A DNA stretch of 64,000 bases from Escherichia coli (lineage in GTDB: Bacteria > Pseudomonadota > Gammaproteobacteria > Enterobacterales > Enterobacteriaceae): the NCBI RefSeq assembly GCF_044324785.1, contig NZ_CP172127.1, one strand, 5' to 3'. Shown here piece after piece: positions 52,294 to 64,000 of this stretch. The position numbers and the translations under genes were made by a program. Numbering within the stretch: position 1 is the first letter of the stretch; every line of letters starts with the position of its first letter. The notes beneath the pieces are model-generated. The model searched no databases, was not told where the DNA came from, and saw nothing but the letters and a program-made list of their open reading frames with translations.

Positions 52294-52953
52294 ATGCCAG
52301 CTTTAGATTTGATTCGACCGTCGGTAACCGCCATGCGGGTGATTGCCTCCGTTAACGCCGAATTTGCGCGTGAACTGAAATTGCCGCCGCATATTCGTAG
52401 CCTCGGGCTGATTTCTGCTGATTCCGATGACGTCACCTACATTGCGGCTGACGAAGCGACCAAGCAGGCGATGGTGGAAGTGGTGTATGGACGCTCGCTG
52501 TATGCGGGAGCCGCACACGGCCCGTCACCGACTGCCGGTGAAGTGCTGATTATGCTTGGTGGGCCAAACCCGGCGGAAGTGCGTGCTGGTCTGGATGCGA
52601 TGGTTGCGCATATTGAAAATGGCGCGGCTTTCCAGTGGGCTAATGACGCAGAAAACACAGCCTTCCTGGCACATGTAGTTTCGCGTACCGGTTCTTATCT
52701 CTCATCAACCGCCGGGATCACGCTTGGCGATCCGATGGCGTATCTGGTGGCACCGCCGCTGGAAGCGACCTATGGCATTGATGCAGCCCTGAAATCTGCC
52801 GACGTGCAACTGGTGACCTACGTACCGCCGCCGTCTGAAACCAACTACTCGGCAGCATTTTTAACCGGTAGCCAGGCCGCGTGTAAAGCAGCCTGTAACG
52901 CCTTTACCGATGCAGTGCTGGAAATCGCGCGTAATCCAATCCAGCGTGCGTAA
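52294..52953 (+). CDS. eutL: Microcompartment shell protein EutL (tandem BMC domains)
   Basis: 219 aa matching E. coli EutL. Confidence 0.95.
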   Translation: MPALDLIRPSVTAMRVIASVNAEFARELKLPPHIRSLGLISADSDDVTYIAADEATKQAMVEVVYGRSLYAGAAHGPSPTAGEVLIMLGGPNPAEVRAGLDAMVAHIENGAAFQWANDAENTAFLAHVVSRTGSYLSSTAGITLGDPMAYLVAPPLEATYGIDAALKSADVQLVTYVPPPSETNYSAAFLTGSQAACKAACNAFTDAVLEIARNPIQRA

Positions 52954-52965
52954 CGGAGGTTGCCG

Positions 52966-53466
52966 ATGATCAATGCACTGGGATTGCTGGAAGTGGACGG
53001 CATGGTCGCCGCGATAGATGCTGCGGATGCCATGCTCAAAGCAGCTAACGTTCGTCTGCTCAGTCACGAAGTGCTTGACCCTGGTCGCCTAACGCTGGTG
53101 GTGGAAGGCGATCTGGCGGCGTGTCGTGCGGCGCTGGACGCAGGTTGTGCTGCCGCGATGCGTACCGGGCGTGTCATCAGCCGTAAGGAGATCGGTCGGC
53201 CAGACGATGACACCCAGTGGCTGGTTACTGGCTTTAACCGCCAGCCGAAGCAACCCGTAAAGGAACCCGACGCGCCAGTTATCGTCGCGGAATCTGCTGA
53301 CGAGTTGTTGGCGCTGTTAACATCAGTACGTCAGGGAATGACGGCAGGAGAAGTGGCTGCCCACTTTGGCTGGCCGCTGGAAAAAGCCAGAAATGCGCTC
53401 GAACAGCTCTTTTCTGCCGGGACGTTACGTAAACGCAGTAGTCGTTATCGTCTCAAGCCCCATTAA
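52966..53466 (+). CDS. eutK: Microcompartment shell protein EutK (BMC domain plus C-terminal helix-turn-helix-like tail)
   Basis: 166 aa from ATG 52966 (ACGGAGG RBS); the ORF track starts 2 codons earlier at TTG. Confidence 0.93.
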   Translation: MINALGLLEVDGMVAAIDAADAMLKAANVRLLSHEVLDPGRLTLVVEGDLAACRAALDAGCAAAMRTGRVISRKEIGRPDDDTQWLVTGFNRQPKQPVKEPDAPVIVAESADELLALLTSVRQGMTAGEVAAHFGWPLEKARNALEQLFSAGTLRKRSSRYRLKPH

Positions 53467-53478
53467 CCTGTCGGAGGT

Positions 53479-53502
53479 GCCGGGTGTCCTACAACACCCG
53501 GC
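53479..53502 (+). other. 9-bp-stem hairpin (gccgggtgt-cctaca-acacccggc) between eutK and eutR
   Basis: Perfect inverted repeat 12 bp after the eutK stop and 10 bp before the eutR ATG; no U-tract. Confidence 0.4.
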
Positions 53503-53511
53503 ATTAACATC

Positions 53512-54564
53512 ATGAAAAAGACCCGTACAGCCAATTTGCACCATCTTTATCATGAACCCTTACCCGAAAACCTGAAGCTCACGCCGAAGGTCGAAGTGGA
53601 TAATGTTCATCAACGACAGACAACGGATGTCTATGAACATGCTTTGACAATTACCGCCTGGCAGCAGATTTACGATCAGCTGCATCCGGGCAAGTTTCAT
53701 GGTGAATTTACGGAAATTCTACTCGATGATATTCAGGTTTTTCGTGAATACACCGGTCTGGCGCTGCGTCAGTCGTGCCTGGTCTGGCCGAACTCGTTCT
53801 GGTTTGGCATTCCGGCGACGCGCGGTGAGCAGGGATTTATCGGTTCGCAATGTCTGGGAAGTGCAGAAATAGCCACGCGGCCTGGCGGCACTGAGTTTGA
53901 ATTGAGTACGCCGGACGATTACACCATCCTTGGCGTGGTGCTTTCTGAAGATGTCATTACCCGGCAGGCTAACTTTTTGCATAACCCGGAGCGGGTGTTG
54001 CATATGTTGCGTCACCAGTCGGCGCTGGAAGTGAAAGAGCAGCATAAAGCCGCGCTGTGGGGCTTTGTCCAACAGGCGCTGGCGACGTTTTGCGAGAACC
54101 CGGAAAATCTCCATCAGCCTGCAGTGCGAAAAGTGTTGGGGGATAATTTGCTCATGGCGATGGGGGCGATGCTGGAAGAAGCGCAACCAATGGTGACGGC
54201 GGAAAGCATCAGTCATCAGAGTTACCGTAGATTACTTTCCCGCGCCCGTGAATATGTGCTGGAAAATATGTCTGAGCCGGTGACGGTGCTGGACTTGTGT
54301 AATCAACTGCATGTCAGTCGCCGCACGCTACAAAACGCGTTTCACGCTATTTTAGGCATTGGCCCGAACGCGTGGCTGAAACGCATTCGCCTGAACGCCG
54401 TACGCCGCGAACTGATAAGCCCGTGGTCGCAAAGCACAACGGTAAAAGACGCCGCCATGCAGTGGGGATTCTGGCATCTGGGGCAATTCGCCACGGATTA
54501 CCAGCAGCTGTTTGCCGAGAAGCCGTCACTGACGCTGCATCAGCGGATGCGGGAATGGGGGTGA
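53512..54564 (+). CDS. eutR: AraC-family transcriptional activator EutR
   Basis: 350 aa with a C-terminal AraC-type HTH; last gene of the eut cluster. Confidence 0.94.
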   Translation: MKKTRTANLHHLYHEPLPENLKLTPKVEVDNVHQRQTTDVYEHALTITAWQQIYDQLHPGKFHGEFTEILLDDIQVFREYTGLALRQSCLVWPNSFWFGIPATRGEQGFIGSQCLGSAEIATRPGGTEFELSTPDDYTILGVVLSEDVITRQANFLHNPERVLHMLRHQSALEVKEQHKAALWGFVQQALATFCENPENLHQPAVRKVLGDNLLMAMGAMLEEAQPMVTAESISHQSYRRLLSRAREYVLENMSEPVTVLDLCNQLHVSRRTLQNAFHAILGIGPNAWLKRIRLNAVRRELISPWSQSTTVKDAAMQWGFWHLGQFATDYQQLFAEKPSLTLHQRMREWG

Positions 54565-54569
54565 GGGAG

Positions 54570-55472
<903 letters not shown>

Positions 55473-56342
55473 TTACCGCTTTCTCGAGTGTGCTTTCTGG
55501 TTGTCAAACCAGTGAAAATAACTGATCACGCCTTCGGCAATCGCTGTGGCGATTTTCTGGCGAAATGCTGCCGTGCCTAACAGCCGCTCTTCTTCCGGGT
55601 TGGTGATAAACGAGGTTTCCACCAGCACCGAAGGAACCGACGGCGATTTCAACACCACAAACGCGGCTTGTTCGGTGTTGCGGCTGTGCAGTTTATGCAC
55701 CGGCTTAATCTTTTTCAGAATATGCGAGCCGAGCGTCAGGCTGTTTTTAATAGTATCGGTTTGCACCAGATCAAACAGCACTTGCTGCAATAGGTGATCC
55801 TTGTCAGTCGCCTTTTTACCGGCAACTTCATCGGCGCGGTTTTCGCGTTCAGACAGGTATTTCGCCATTGCGCTACTTGCCCCACGGTTAGAGAGGGCAA
55901 ATACCGAAGCACCGGCAGCTTTCGGGTTGGTAAAGCCGTCGGCATGAATTGACATAAACAGATCTGCGCCATGTTTATGGGCGATTTCAACGCGATCGTA
56001 AAGTGGGATAAACGTATCGCCAGAACGCGTTAAACGCGCATCAATCCCATGATTACGCAAAATGGAACGGACGTTTTTAGCAATCGCCAGCACCACATGT
56101 TTTTCTTTCGAACCGTTGCGCCCGATCGCTCCGGTATCAATCCCGCCGTGGCCTGGATCGAGAACAACGACACGTTTGCCGCCAGATTTTTTGGCTTTCG
56201 GCTTGCTGTGTCCGTTGCTGGTTTTTAAAGGTTCGTCTTTGGCGATGGCTTGCGACATTCCTGACAACGTCAGCGCTGCAAGTCCTGCTTTCAGCACCTG
56301 GCGGCGCGAAGTGAGTGTTTTTAGTGGTTTAAAAGTGCTCAT
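55473..56342 (-). CDS. amiA: N-acetylmuramoyl-L-alanine amidase AmiA
   Basis: 289 aa; twin-arginine signal (TSRRQVLKAGLAAL); amidase_3 domain; 3 bp upstream of hemF. Confidence 0.95.
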   Translation of the reverse strand: MSTFKPLKTLTSRRQVLKAGLAALTLSGMSQAIAKDEPLKTSNGHSKPKAKKSGGKRVVVLDPGHGGIDTGAIGRNGSKEKHVVLAIAKNVRSILRNHGIDARLTRSGDTFIPLYDRVEIAHKHGADLFMSIHADGFTNPKAAGASVFALSNRGASSAMAKYLSERENRADEVAGKKATDKDHLLQQVLFDLVQTDTIKNSLTLGSHILKKIKPVHKLHSRNTEQAAFVVLKSPSVPSVLVETSFITNPEEERLLGTAAFRQKIATAIAEGVISYFHWFDNQKAHSRKR

Positions 56343-56555
56343 ACGGCCTGAGTTGTAATAATAAAGTTCCAGATGTTATATCGTATCGCGTAATCCGTTA
56401 CGACCGTTTGCTGTTGAGAATTGTTTTACTTTTCATTTCAATAGTTGACAACTCCCCATTATGCCACTTTTTCAACCGATTTTCGTCAGATATTGGCTAA
56501 TTCGACCGTTCACGCCATAATCAGCCTTTTAACCCGCAAAAAGGTAACGAATACC

Positions 56556-56981
56556 ATGGAGATACGCGTATTTCGCCAGGAAGATTTCGAAGAGGTCATC
56601 ACCCTTTGGGAGCGTTGCGACTTGCTGCGTCCGTGGAACGATCCGGAAATGGACATCGAGCGTAAGATGAACCATGACGTCAGTTTGTTTCTGGTCGCTG
56701 AGGTGAACGGTGAAGTGGTCGGAACGGTGATGGGCGGTTATGACGGGCATCGCGGGTCTGCTTATTATCTTGGCGTGCATCCAGAGTTTCGTGGGCGTGG
56801 GATTGCTAATGCGTTGCTTAATCGGCTGGAGAAAAAGCTGATTGCTCGCGGCTGCCCGAAAATTCAGATCAACGTGCCGGAAGATAACGACATGGTGCTC
56901 GGAATGTATGAACGCCTGGGATATGAACACGCCGACGTGCTGAGTCTGGGTAAGCGTTTGATTGAAGATGAAGAGTACTGA
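56556..56981 (+). CDS. ypeA: GNAT-family acetyltransferase YpeA
   Basis: 141 aa from ATG 56556; the ORF-track start at 56445 is a TTG extension. Confidence 0.9.
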
Positions 56982-57417
56982 GTTTCATCCTGTCCATTAT
57001 GATGCGCACGGTCGCCTGCGTTTACCCTTGCTCTTCTGGCTTGTGCTATTGCTTCAGGCGCGAACCTGGGTGCTGTTTGTCATTGCCGGTGCGTCGCGCG
57101 AGCAGGGTACTGCGCTGCTAAATCTGTTTTATCCCGATCACGATAACTTCTGGCTGGGGTTGATTCCCGGCATTCCGGCGGTGCTGGCGTTTTTGCTGAG
57201 TGGTCGGCGGGCTTCATTTCCCCGTATCTGGCATGTGCTCTATTTTCTGTTGCTGTTGGCGCAAGTGGTTTTACTTTGCTGGCAACCGTGGCTGTGGCTG
57301 AACGGTGAATCCGTTAGCGGTATCGGTCTGGCGCTGGTAGTGGCGGATATTGTGGCGTTAATCTGGCTGCTGACCAATCGACGTTTACGCGCTTGTTTTA
57401 ATGAAGAAAAAGAATAA
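56968..57417 (+). CDS. yfeZ: Inner membrane protein YfeZ
   Basis: 149 aa hydrophobic ORF from ATG 56968; overlaps the ypeA end by 14 nt. Confidence 0.88.
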
Positions 57418-57477
57418 CGGCACTTTTTGGTGAATTTGCACTCCAAGCAACGTTATTGAATAACCAAAGGAAGTGAC

Positions 57478-58053
57478 ATGAAATCGCTGCGTTTAATGTT
57501 ATGCGCTATGCCGTTGATGCTGACCGGCTGTTCCACGATGTCGTCAGTTAACTGGTCTGCCGCTAACCCGTGGAACTGGTTTGGGTCGTCCACCAAAGTG
57601 AGCGAGCAGGGCGTTGGTGAATTAACGGCGTCCACACCACTGCAAGAACAAGCCATTGCTGATGCGCTTGATGGCGATTATCGCCTGCGCAGCGGAATGA
57701 AAACCGCGAACGGCAACGTGGTGCGCTTTTTTGAAGTGATGAAAGGCGACAACGTGGCGATGGTGATTAACGGTGATCAAGGCACGATCAGCCGCATTGA
57801 TGTGCTGGATAGCGATATTCCTGCTGACACCGGTGTTAAAATCGGTACACCGTTTAGCGACCTTTACAGCAAAGCATTTGGCAATTGCCAAAAAGCTGAT
57901 GGTGATGATAATCGTGCCGTCGAATGTAAAGCCGAAGGCAGTCAACATATTAGCTACCAGTTCAGCGGGGAATGGAGTGGTCCTGAAGGGTTAATGCCTT
58001 CGGACGATACCCTGAAAAACTGGAAAGTCAGTAAAATTATCTGGCGGCGTTAA
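57478..58053 (+). CDS. yfeY: Lipoprotein YfeY
   Basis: 191 aa; signal peptide with lipobox LTGC|ST. Confidence 0.9.
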   Translation: MKSLRLMLCAMPLMLTGCSTMSSVNWSAANPWNWFGSSTKVSEQGVGELTASTPLQEQAIADALDGDYRLRSGMKTANGNVVRFFEVMKGDNVAMVINGDQGTISRIDVLDSDIPADTGVKIGTPFSDLYSKAFGNCQKADGDDNRAVECKAEGSQHISYQFSGEWSGPEGLMPSDDTLKNWKVSKIIWRR

Positions 58054-58064
58054 TTTGCGTCTGA

Positions 58065-59048
<984 letters not shown>

Positions 59049-59068
59049 TCGTTTCTGATTCATTGATT

Positions 59069-59107
59069 AAAGGCCAGCCAGTAACACAACTGACTGGCCT
59101 TTTTATT
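59069..59107 (+). terminator. Intrinsic terminator of yfeX
   Basis: Hairpin aggccagccag-N8-ctgactggcct (one mismatch) followed by TTTTT. Confidence 0.7.
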
Positions 59108-59227
59108 ACTGCTTTAACGCCGCATACACTTGATCAACTACTTTCTGTCAGAACAGGGTATTTTGCGGCGCTGACGCTACAACTAACAGCCAGCAGAGAA
59201 AGATAGAGCATTGTCCGTTTCATATTA

Positions 59228-60652
<1,425 letters not shown>

Positions 60653-60655
60653 GGG

Positions 60656-61552
60656 TTATTCCTTGTCTAAAACCTGACGAATAAAGCCGCCGTGTTGATC
60701 AAGGCGTTTTTTAGCTTCTGCGGCATCGAGATTTTTCAGCACCATCACAATGGCCGTTTTACAGTTGCGCTCGCAGGCAACCAATGCCGCTTCCGCTTGC
60801 TCTGCGCTACATCCGGTAGCGTTTTTGACGATATTGACCTGGCGCACATGCAGTTTTTCGTTGGTGGCGACCACATCAACCATCAGGTTACCGAACACTT
60901 TGCCGGATTTAATCATCAGCCCGGTGGAGAGCATGTTGAGCACCAGTTTCTGCGCCGTACCTGCTTTCATTCGCGAAGAACCTGTGACCACTTCGGCCCC
61001 AACAACTGGCGTAATGGCAAACTCAGCGGTGGTTGAAACAGCGCTCCCGGGATTACAGGAAATTCCCACTGTGCGGCAGCCGAGCTGGCGTGCGTATTCC
61101 AGTCCGGCAATCACATACGGCGTGCGTCCGCTGGCCGCAATACCAACCACCACATCCTGCGCGGTTAAATTAAGATTTTTCAGATCGTTAACACCACCTT
61201 CCCGGCTATCTTCCGCGCCTTCCACCGCGTGCTGAATGGCATATTCGCCGCCAGCAATTAATCCAACTACCAGGCCTGGCTTCACGCCGTAGGTGGGCGG
61301 ACATTCGCTGGCATCCAGAATCCCCAGACGACCGGATGTTCCCGCACCGAGATAAATCAGACGCCCGCCGCCGCTTACCTGGGCGTGGATAACATCGATC
61401 GCCGCGGCGATATCCGGCAGTACGCGCTCAACGGCAAGCGGTACGGTTTTATCTTCATCGTTGATAATCCGGCACATTTCCAGCGTTGATACGCGGTCAA
61501 TTTCAGCCGAGGCGGCGTTCGAGCCTTCGGTAATCATCTTTTCAAGTTGCAT
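60656..61552 (-). CDS. murQ: N-acetylmuramic acid 6-phosphate etherase MurQ (SIS domain)
   Basis: 298 aa; 3 bp upstream of murP. Confidence 0.95.
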   Translation of the reverse strand: MQLEKMITEGSNAASAEIDRVSTLEMCRIINDEDKTVPLAVERVLPDIAAAIDVIHAQVSGGGRLIYLGAGTSGRLGILDASECPPTYGVKPGLVVGLIAGGEYAIQHAVEGAEDSREGGVNDLKNLNLTAQDVVVGIAASGRTPYVIAGLEYARQLGCRTVGISCNPGSAVSTTAEFAITPVVGAEVVTGSSRMKAGTAQKLVLNMLSTGLMIKSGKVFGNLMVDVVATNEKLHVRQVNIVKNATGCSAEQAEAALVACERNCKTAIVMVLKNLDAAEAKKRLDQHGGFIRQVLDKE

Positions 61553-61643
61553 CGGTGGTGACCTTACTATTTACGATCAAATAATTGCAGATGTATGGAA
61601 TCATATATCCCGAATTGACAGACTTAAAGGAATCATTGAGTCT

Positions 61644-61658
61644 ACACTCGCAGAGTGT
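61644..61658. promoter_or_regulatory. Inverted repeat ACACTC-gca-GAGTGT in the murQ/murR divergent region; candidate MurR operator or CRP-like half site
   Basis: Perfect 6-bp arms with a 3-bp spacer, roughly mid-way between the divergent start codons; the adjacent TGTGA-N6-TCAta resembles a CRP site. Confidence 0.35.
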
Positions 61659-61715
61659 GAAGAGCGTCATAAGAACTTAAGCGGAATTTTTGCTGCCAGC
61701 CCAGGAGAGTGGAAG

Positions 61716-62573
61716 ATGTTGTACCTGACGAAAATACGCAATGCGGAAAGTGAATTTACCGAGAACGAGCAAAAAATTGCTGACTTTCTGCGGGCCAACG
61801 TGAGTGAGCTGAAATCCGTCTCTTCGCGCAAGATGGCGAAACAGCTCGGCATCAGCCAGTCGAGTATTGTGAAGTTTGCCCAGAAGCTCGGCGCGCAAGG
61901 ATTTACTGAATTGCGTATGGCGTTAATTGGCGAATACAGTGCCAGCCGGGAGAAAACGAATGCCACGGCGCTGCACCTGCACAGTTCGATTACCAGTGAT
62001 GATTCGCTGGAAGTGATTGCCCGCAAACTGAATCGCGAAAAAGAGCTGGCGCTGGAGCAAACCTGCGCGTTGTTTGACTACGCGCGGCTGCAAAAAATCA
62101 TTGAGGTCATCAGTAAAGCACCGTTTATCCAGATAACGGGCTTGGGTGGGTCGGCGCTGGTGGGGCGCGATCTGTCGTTCAAACTGATGAAAATTGGCTA
62201 TCGCGTGGCCTGTGAAGCCGACACGCACGTACAAGCCACCGTTTCTCAGGCGCTGAAAAAAGGCGATGTACAAATCGCTATCTCTTACAGCGGCAGTAAA
62301 AAAGAGATTGTCTTGTGCGCCGAGGCAGCGCGAAAGCAGGGGGCAACGGTGATTGCCATTACCTCGTTAACCGATTCTCCGCTGCGGCGGCTGGCGCATT
62401 TCACGCTCGATACCGTTTCCGGTGAAACCGAATGGCGTAGCTCGTCGATGTCTACCCGCACGGCGCAAAATTCTGTTACCGATTTACTGTTTGTTGGCCT
62501 TGTGCAACTCAATGATGTGGAGTCATTGAAAATGATTGAGCGCAGCAGTGAGCTAACGCAACGCCTGAAATGA
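61716..62573 (+). CDS. murR: RpiR-family transcriptional regulator MurR (HTH plus SIS domain)
   Basis: 285 aa from ATG 61716 (GGAGAGTGGAAG RBS); the ORF track extends 85 codons upstream into murQ. Confidence 0.93.
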   Translation: MLYLTKIRNAESEFTENEQKIADFLRANVSELKSVSSRKMAKQLGISQSSIVKFAQKLGAQGFTELRMALIGEYSASREKTNATALHLHSSITSDDSLEVIARKLNREKELALEQTCALFDYARLQKIIEVISKAPFIQITGLGGSALVGRDLSFKLMKIGYRVACEADTHVQATVSQALKKGDVQIAISYSGSKKEIVLCAEAARKQGATVIAITSLTDSPLRRLAHFTLDTVSGETEWRSSSMSTRTAQNSVTDLLFVGLVQLNDVESLKMIERSSELTQRLK

Positions 62574-62701
62574 TGCATAAAGCAGCGACTGAATTGAGAT
62601 TTTCCTGAATTAGTGAGCTGATCCGCAGCAATATTTTGTTTATCCTGTATTTTCAGAGGGAATGGAGTGTAACGCTCTGTATTAACAAGGAGAGCATTAA
62701 A

Positions 62702-63493
62702 ATGGGTAAACTCACGGGCAAGACAGCACTGATTACGGGCGCATTGCAAGGAATTGGCGAAGGTATTGCCAGAACTTTTGCGCGTCATGGCGCAAACCTA
62801 ATCTTGCTGGATATCTCCCCTGAGATCGAAAAGCTGGCGGACGAACTGTGTGGTCGTGGTCATCGCTGTACGGCGGTTGTCGCCGATGTGCGTGACCCGG
62901 CGTCGGTCGCCGCAGCTATCAAGCGCGCGAAGGAAAAAGAAGGGCGCATTGATATCCTGGTGAATAACGCAGGCGTTTGTCGTCTGGGCAGTTTCCTCGA
63001 TATGAGCGATGAAGATCGCGATTTCCATATTGATATCAATATTAAAGGCGTATGGAACGTCACGAAGGCGGTGTTGCCGGAGATGATTGCCCGCAAAGAT
63101 GGTCGCATTGTGATGATGTCTTCAGTCACTGGCGATATGGTGGCCGATCCGGGTGAAACGGCGTATGCCTTAACGAAAGCGGCGATTGTTGGCCTGACTA
63201 AATCGCTGGCGGTGGAGTACGCGCAGTCTGGTATTCGCGTTAACGCCATCTGCCCGGGATACGTTCGCACGCCAATGGCGGAAAGCATTGCCCGCCAGTC
63301 GAACCCGGAAGATCCAGAAGCGGTGCTGACTGAAATGGCAAAAGCAATCCCGATGCGTCGCCTCGCCGATCCGCTGGAAGTCGGTGAACTGGCGGCCTTC
63401 CTCGCATCGGATGAATCCAGCTATTTAACCGGTACACAGAATGTGATTGATGGCGGCAGCACACTGCCGGAGACGGTTAGCGTCGGCATCTGA
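62702..63493 (+). CDS. ucpA: Short-chain dehydrogenase/reductase UcpA
   Basis: 263 aa from ATG 62702 (AAGGAG RBS); TGALQGIG dinucleotide motif and an SDR catalytic YxxxK segment. Confidence 0.94.
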   Translation: MGKLTGKTALITGALQGIGEGIARTFARHGANLILLDISPEIEKLADELCGRGHRCTAVVADVRDPASVAAAIKRAKEKEGRIDILVNNAGVCRLGSFLDMSDEDRDFHIDINIKGVWNVTKAVLPEMIARKDGRIVMMSSVTGDMVADPGETAYALTKAAIVGLTKSLAVEYAQSGIRVNAICPGYVRTPMAESIARQSNPEDPEAVLTEMAKAIPMRRLADPLEVGELAAFLASDESSYLTGTQNVIDGGSTLPETVSVGI

Positions 63494-63505
63494 TTCACCT
63501 CTGTT

Positions 63506-63538
63506 TCCTCCCTGCATTTGTGGGGAGGATTTCGTCTT
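63506..63538 (+). terminator. Probable intrinsic terminator of ucpA
   Basis: Hairpin tcctccc-N10-gggagga followed by a T-rich tract (tttcgtctt). Confidence 0.5.
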
Positions 63539-63663
63539 GAACCCGGTTCTTATTCCCTTTTCAACTTCCAAATCACCAAACGGTATATAAAACCGTTACT
63601 CCTTTCACGTCCGTTATAAATATGATGGCTATTAGAAAGTCATTAAATTTATAAGGGTGCGCA

Positions 63664-64000
63664 ATGGCCGTTAACTTACTGAAAAAGAACTCACTCGCGC
63701 TGGTCGCTTCTCTGCTGCTGGCGGGCCATGTACAGGCAACGGAACTGCTGAACAGTTCTTATGACGTCTCTCGCGAGCTGTTTGCAGCCCTTAATCCGCC
63801 GTTTGAGCAACAATGGGCAAAAGATAACGGCGGCGACAAACTGACGATAAAACAATCTCATGCCGGGTCATCAAAACAGGCGCTGGCGATTTTGCAGGGC
63901 TTAAAAGCAGACGTTGTCACTTATAACCAGGTGACCGACGTACAAATCCTGCATGACAAAGGCAAGCTGATCCCGGCCGACTGGCAGTCGCGCCTGCCGA
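63664..64000 (+). CDS. cysP: Thiosulfate-binding periplasmic protein CysP; 3' end lies beyond the window
   Basis: ATG 63664; signal peptide ([13 protein letters not shown]|TE); open to the window edge. Confidence 0.92.
   Translation, partial: MAVNLLKKNSLALVASLLLAGHVQATELLNSSYDVSRELFAALNPPFEQQWAKDNGGDKLTIKQSHAGSSKQALAILQGLKADVVTYNQVTDVQILHDKGKLIPADWQSRLP

Noticed and set aside
61461-61715. ORF-track N-terminal extensions, e.g. murR (370 aa), hyfG, tktB, ypeA, eutS, eutM, gcvR, ypfH and dapA
   Set aside because: The track reports the longest frame and accepts GTG/TTG starts. In each case an internal ATG or GTG with a Shine-Dalgarno reproduces the known protein length, and the extension would overlap the neighbouring gene or promoter.

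Overview
This 64 kb window reads as ordinary Escherichia coli-type core chromosome, in reverse orientation relative to the K-12 map, and I found no convincing undescribed system in it. All gene calls rest on my recognition of the translated ORFs against well-known E. coli proteins; no database search or alignment was run. Gene order is perM' / focB-hyfRJIHGFEDCBA (hydrogenase-4, minus strand) / bcp-gcvR / dapA-bamC / purC / ypfJ-tmcA-ypfH / ypfN-dapE-yffB / ypfM / acrD / narQ / aegA-nudK / ypfG / tktB-talA / maeB / eutSPQTDMNEJGHABCLKR / hemF-amiA / ypeA-yfeZ-yfeY-yfeX / murPQ / murR / ucpA / cysP'. Coding density is high and protein lengths match the known products once ORF-track N-terminal extensions are trimmed (the track also starts ORFs at GTG/TTG). 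The eut microcompartment operon is uninterrupted: eutA and eutB are 11 bp apart, so the prophage that splits this operon in K-12 MG1655 is absent and the source is a non-K-12 strain. Non-coding features I can support are a sigma-54 promoter for hyfA, a BaeR box upstream of acrD, a PurR operator in the purC leader, REP elements, several intrinsic terminators, and a ~49 bp GC-rich repeat present twice. No tRNA, rRNA, CRISPR array, IS element or prophage was seen. The findings are mostly regulatory or structural details and poorly characterised conserved genes, scored modestly.
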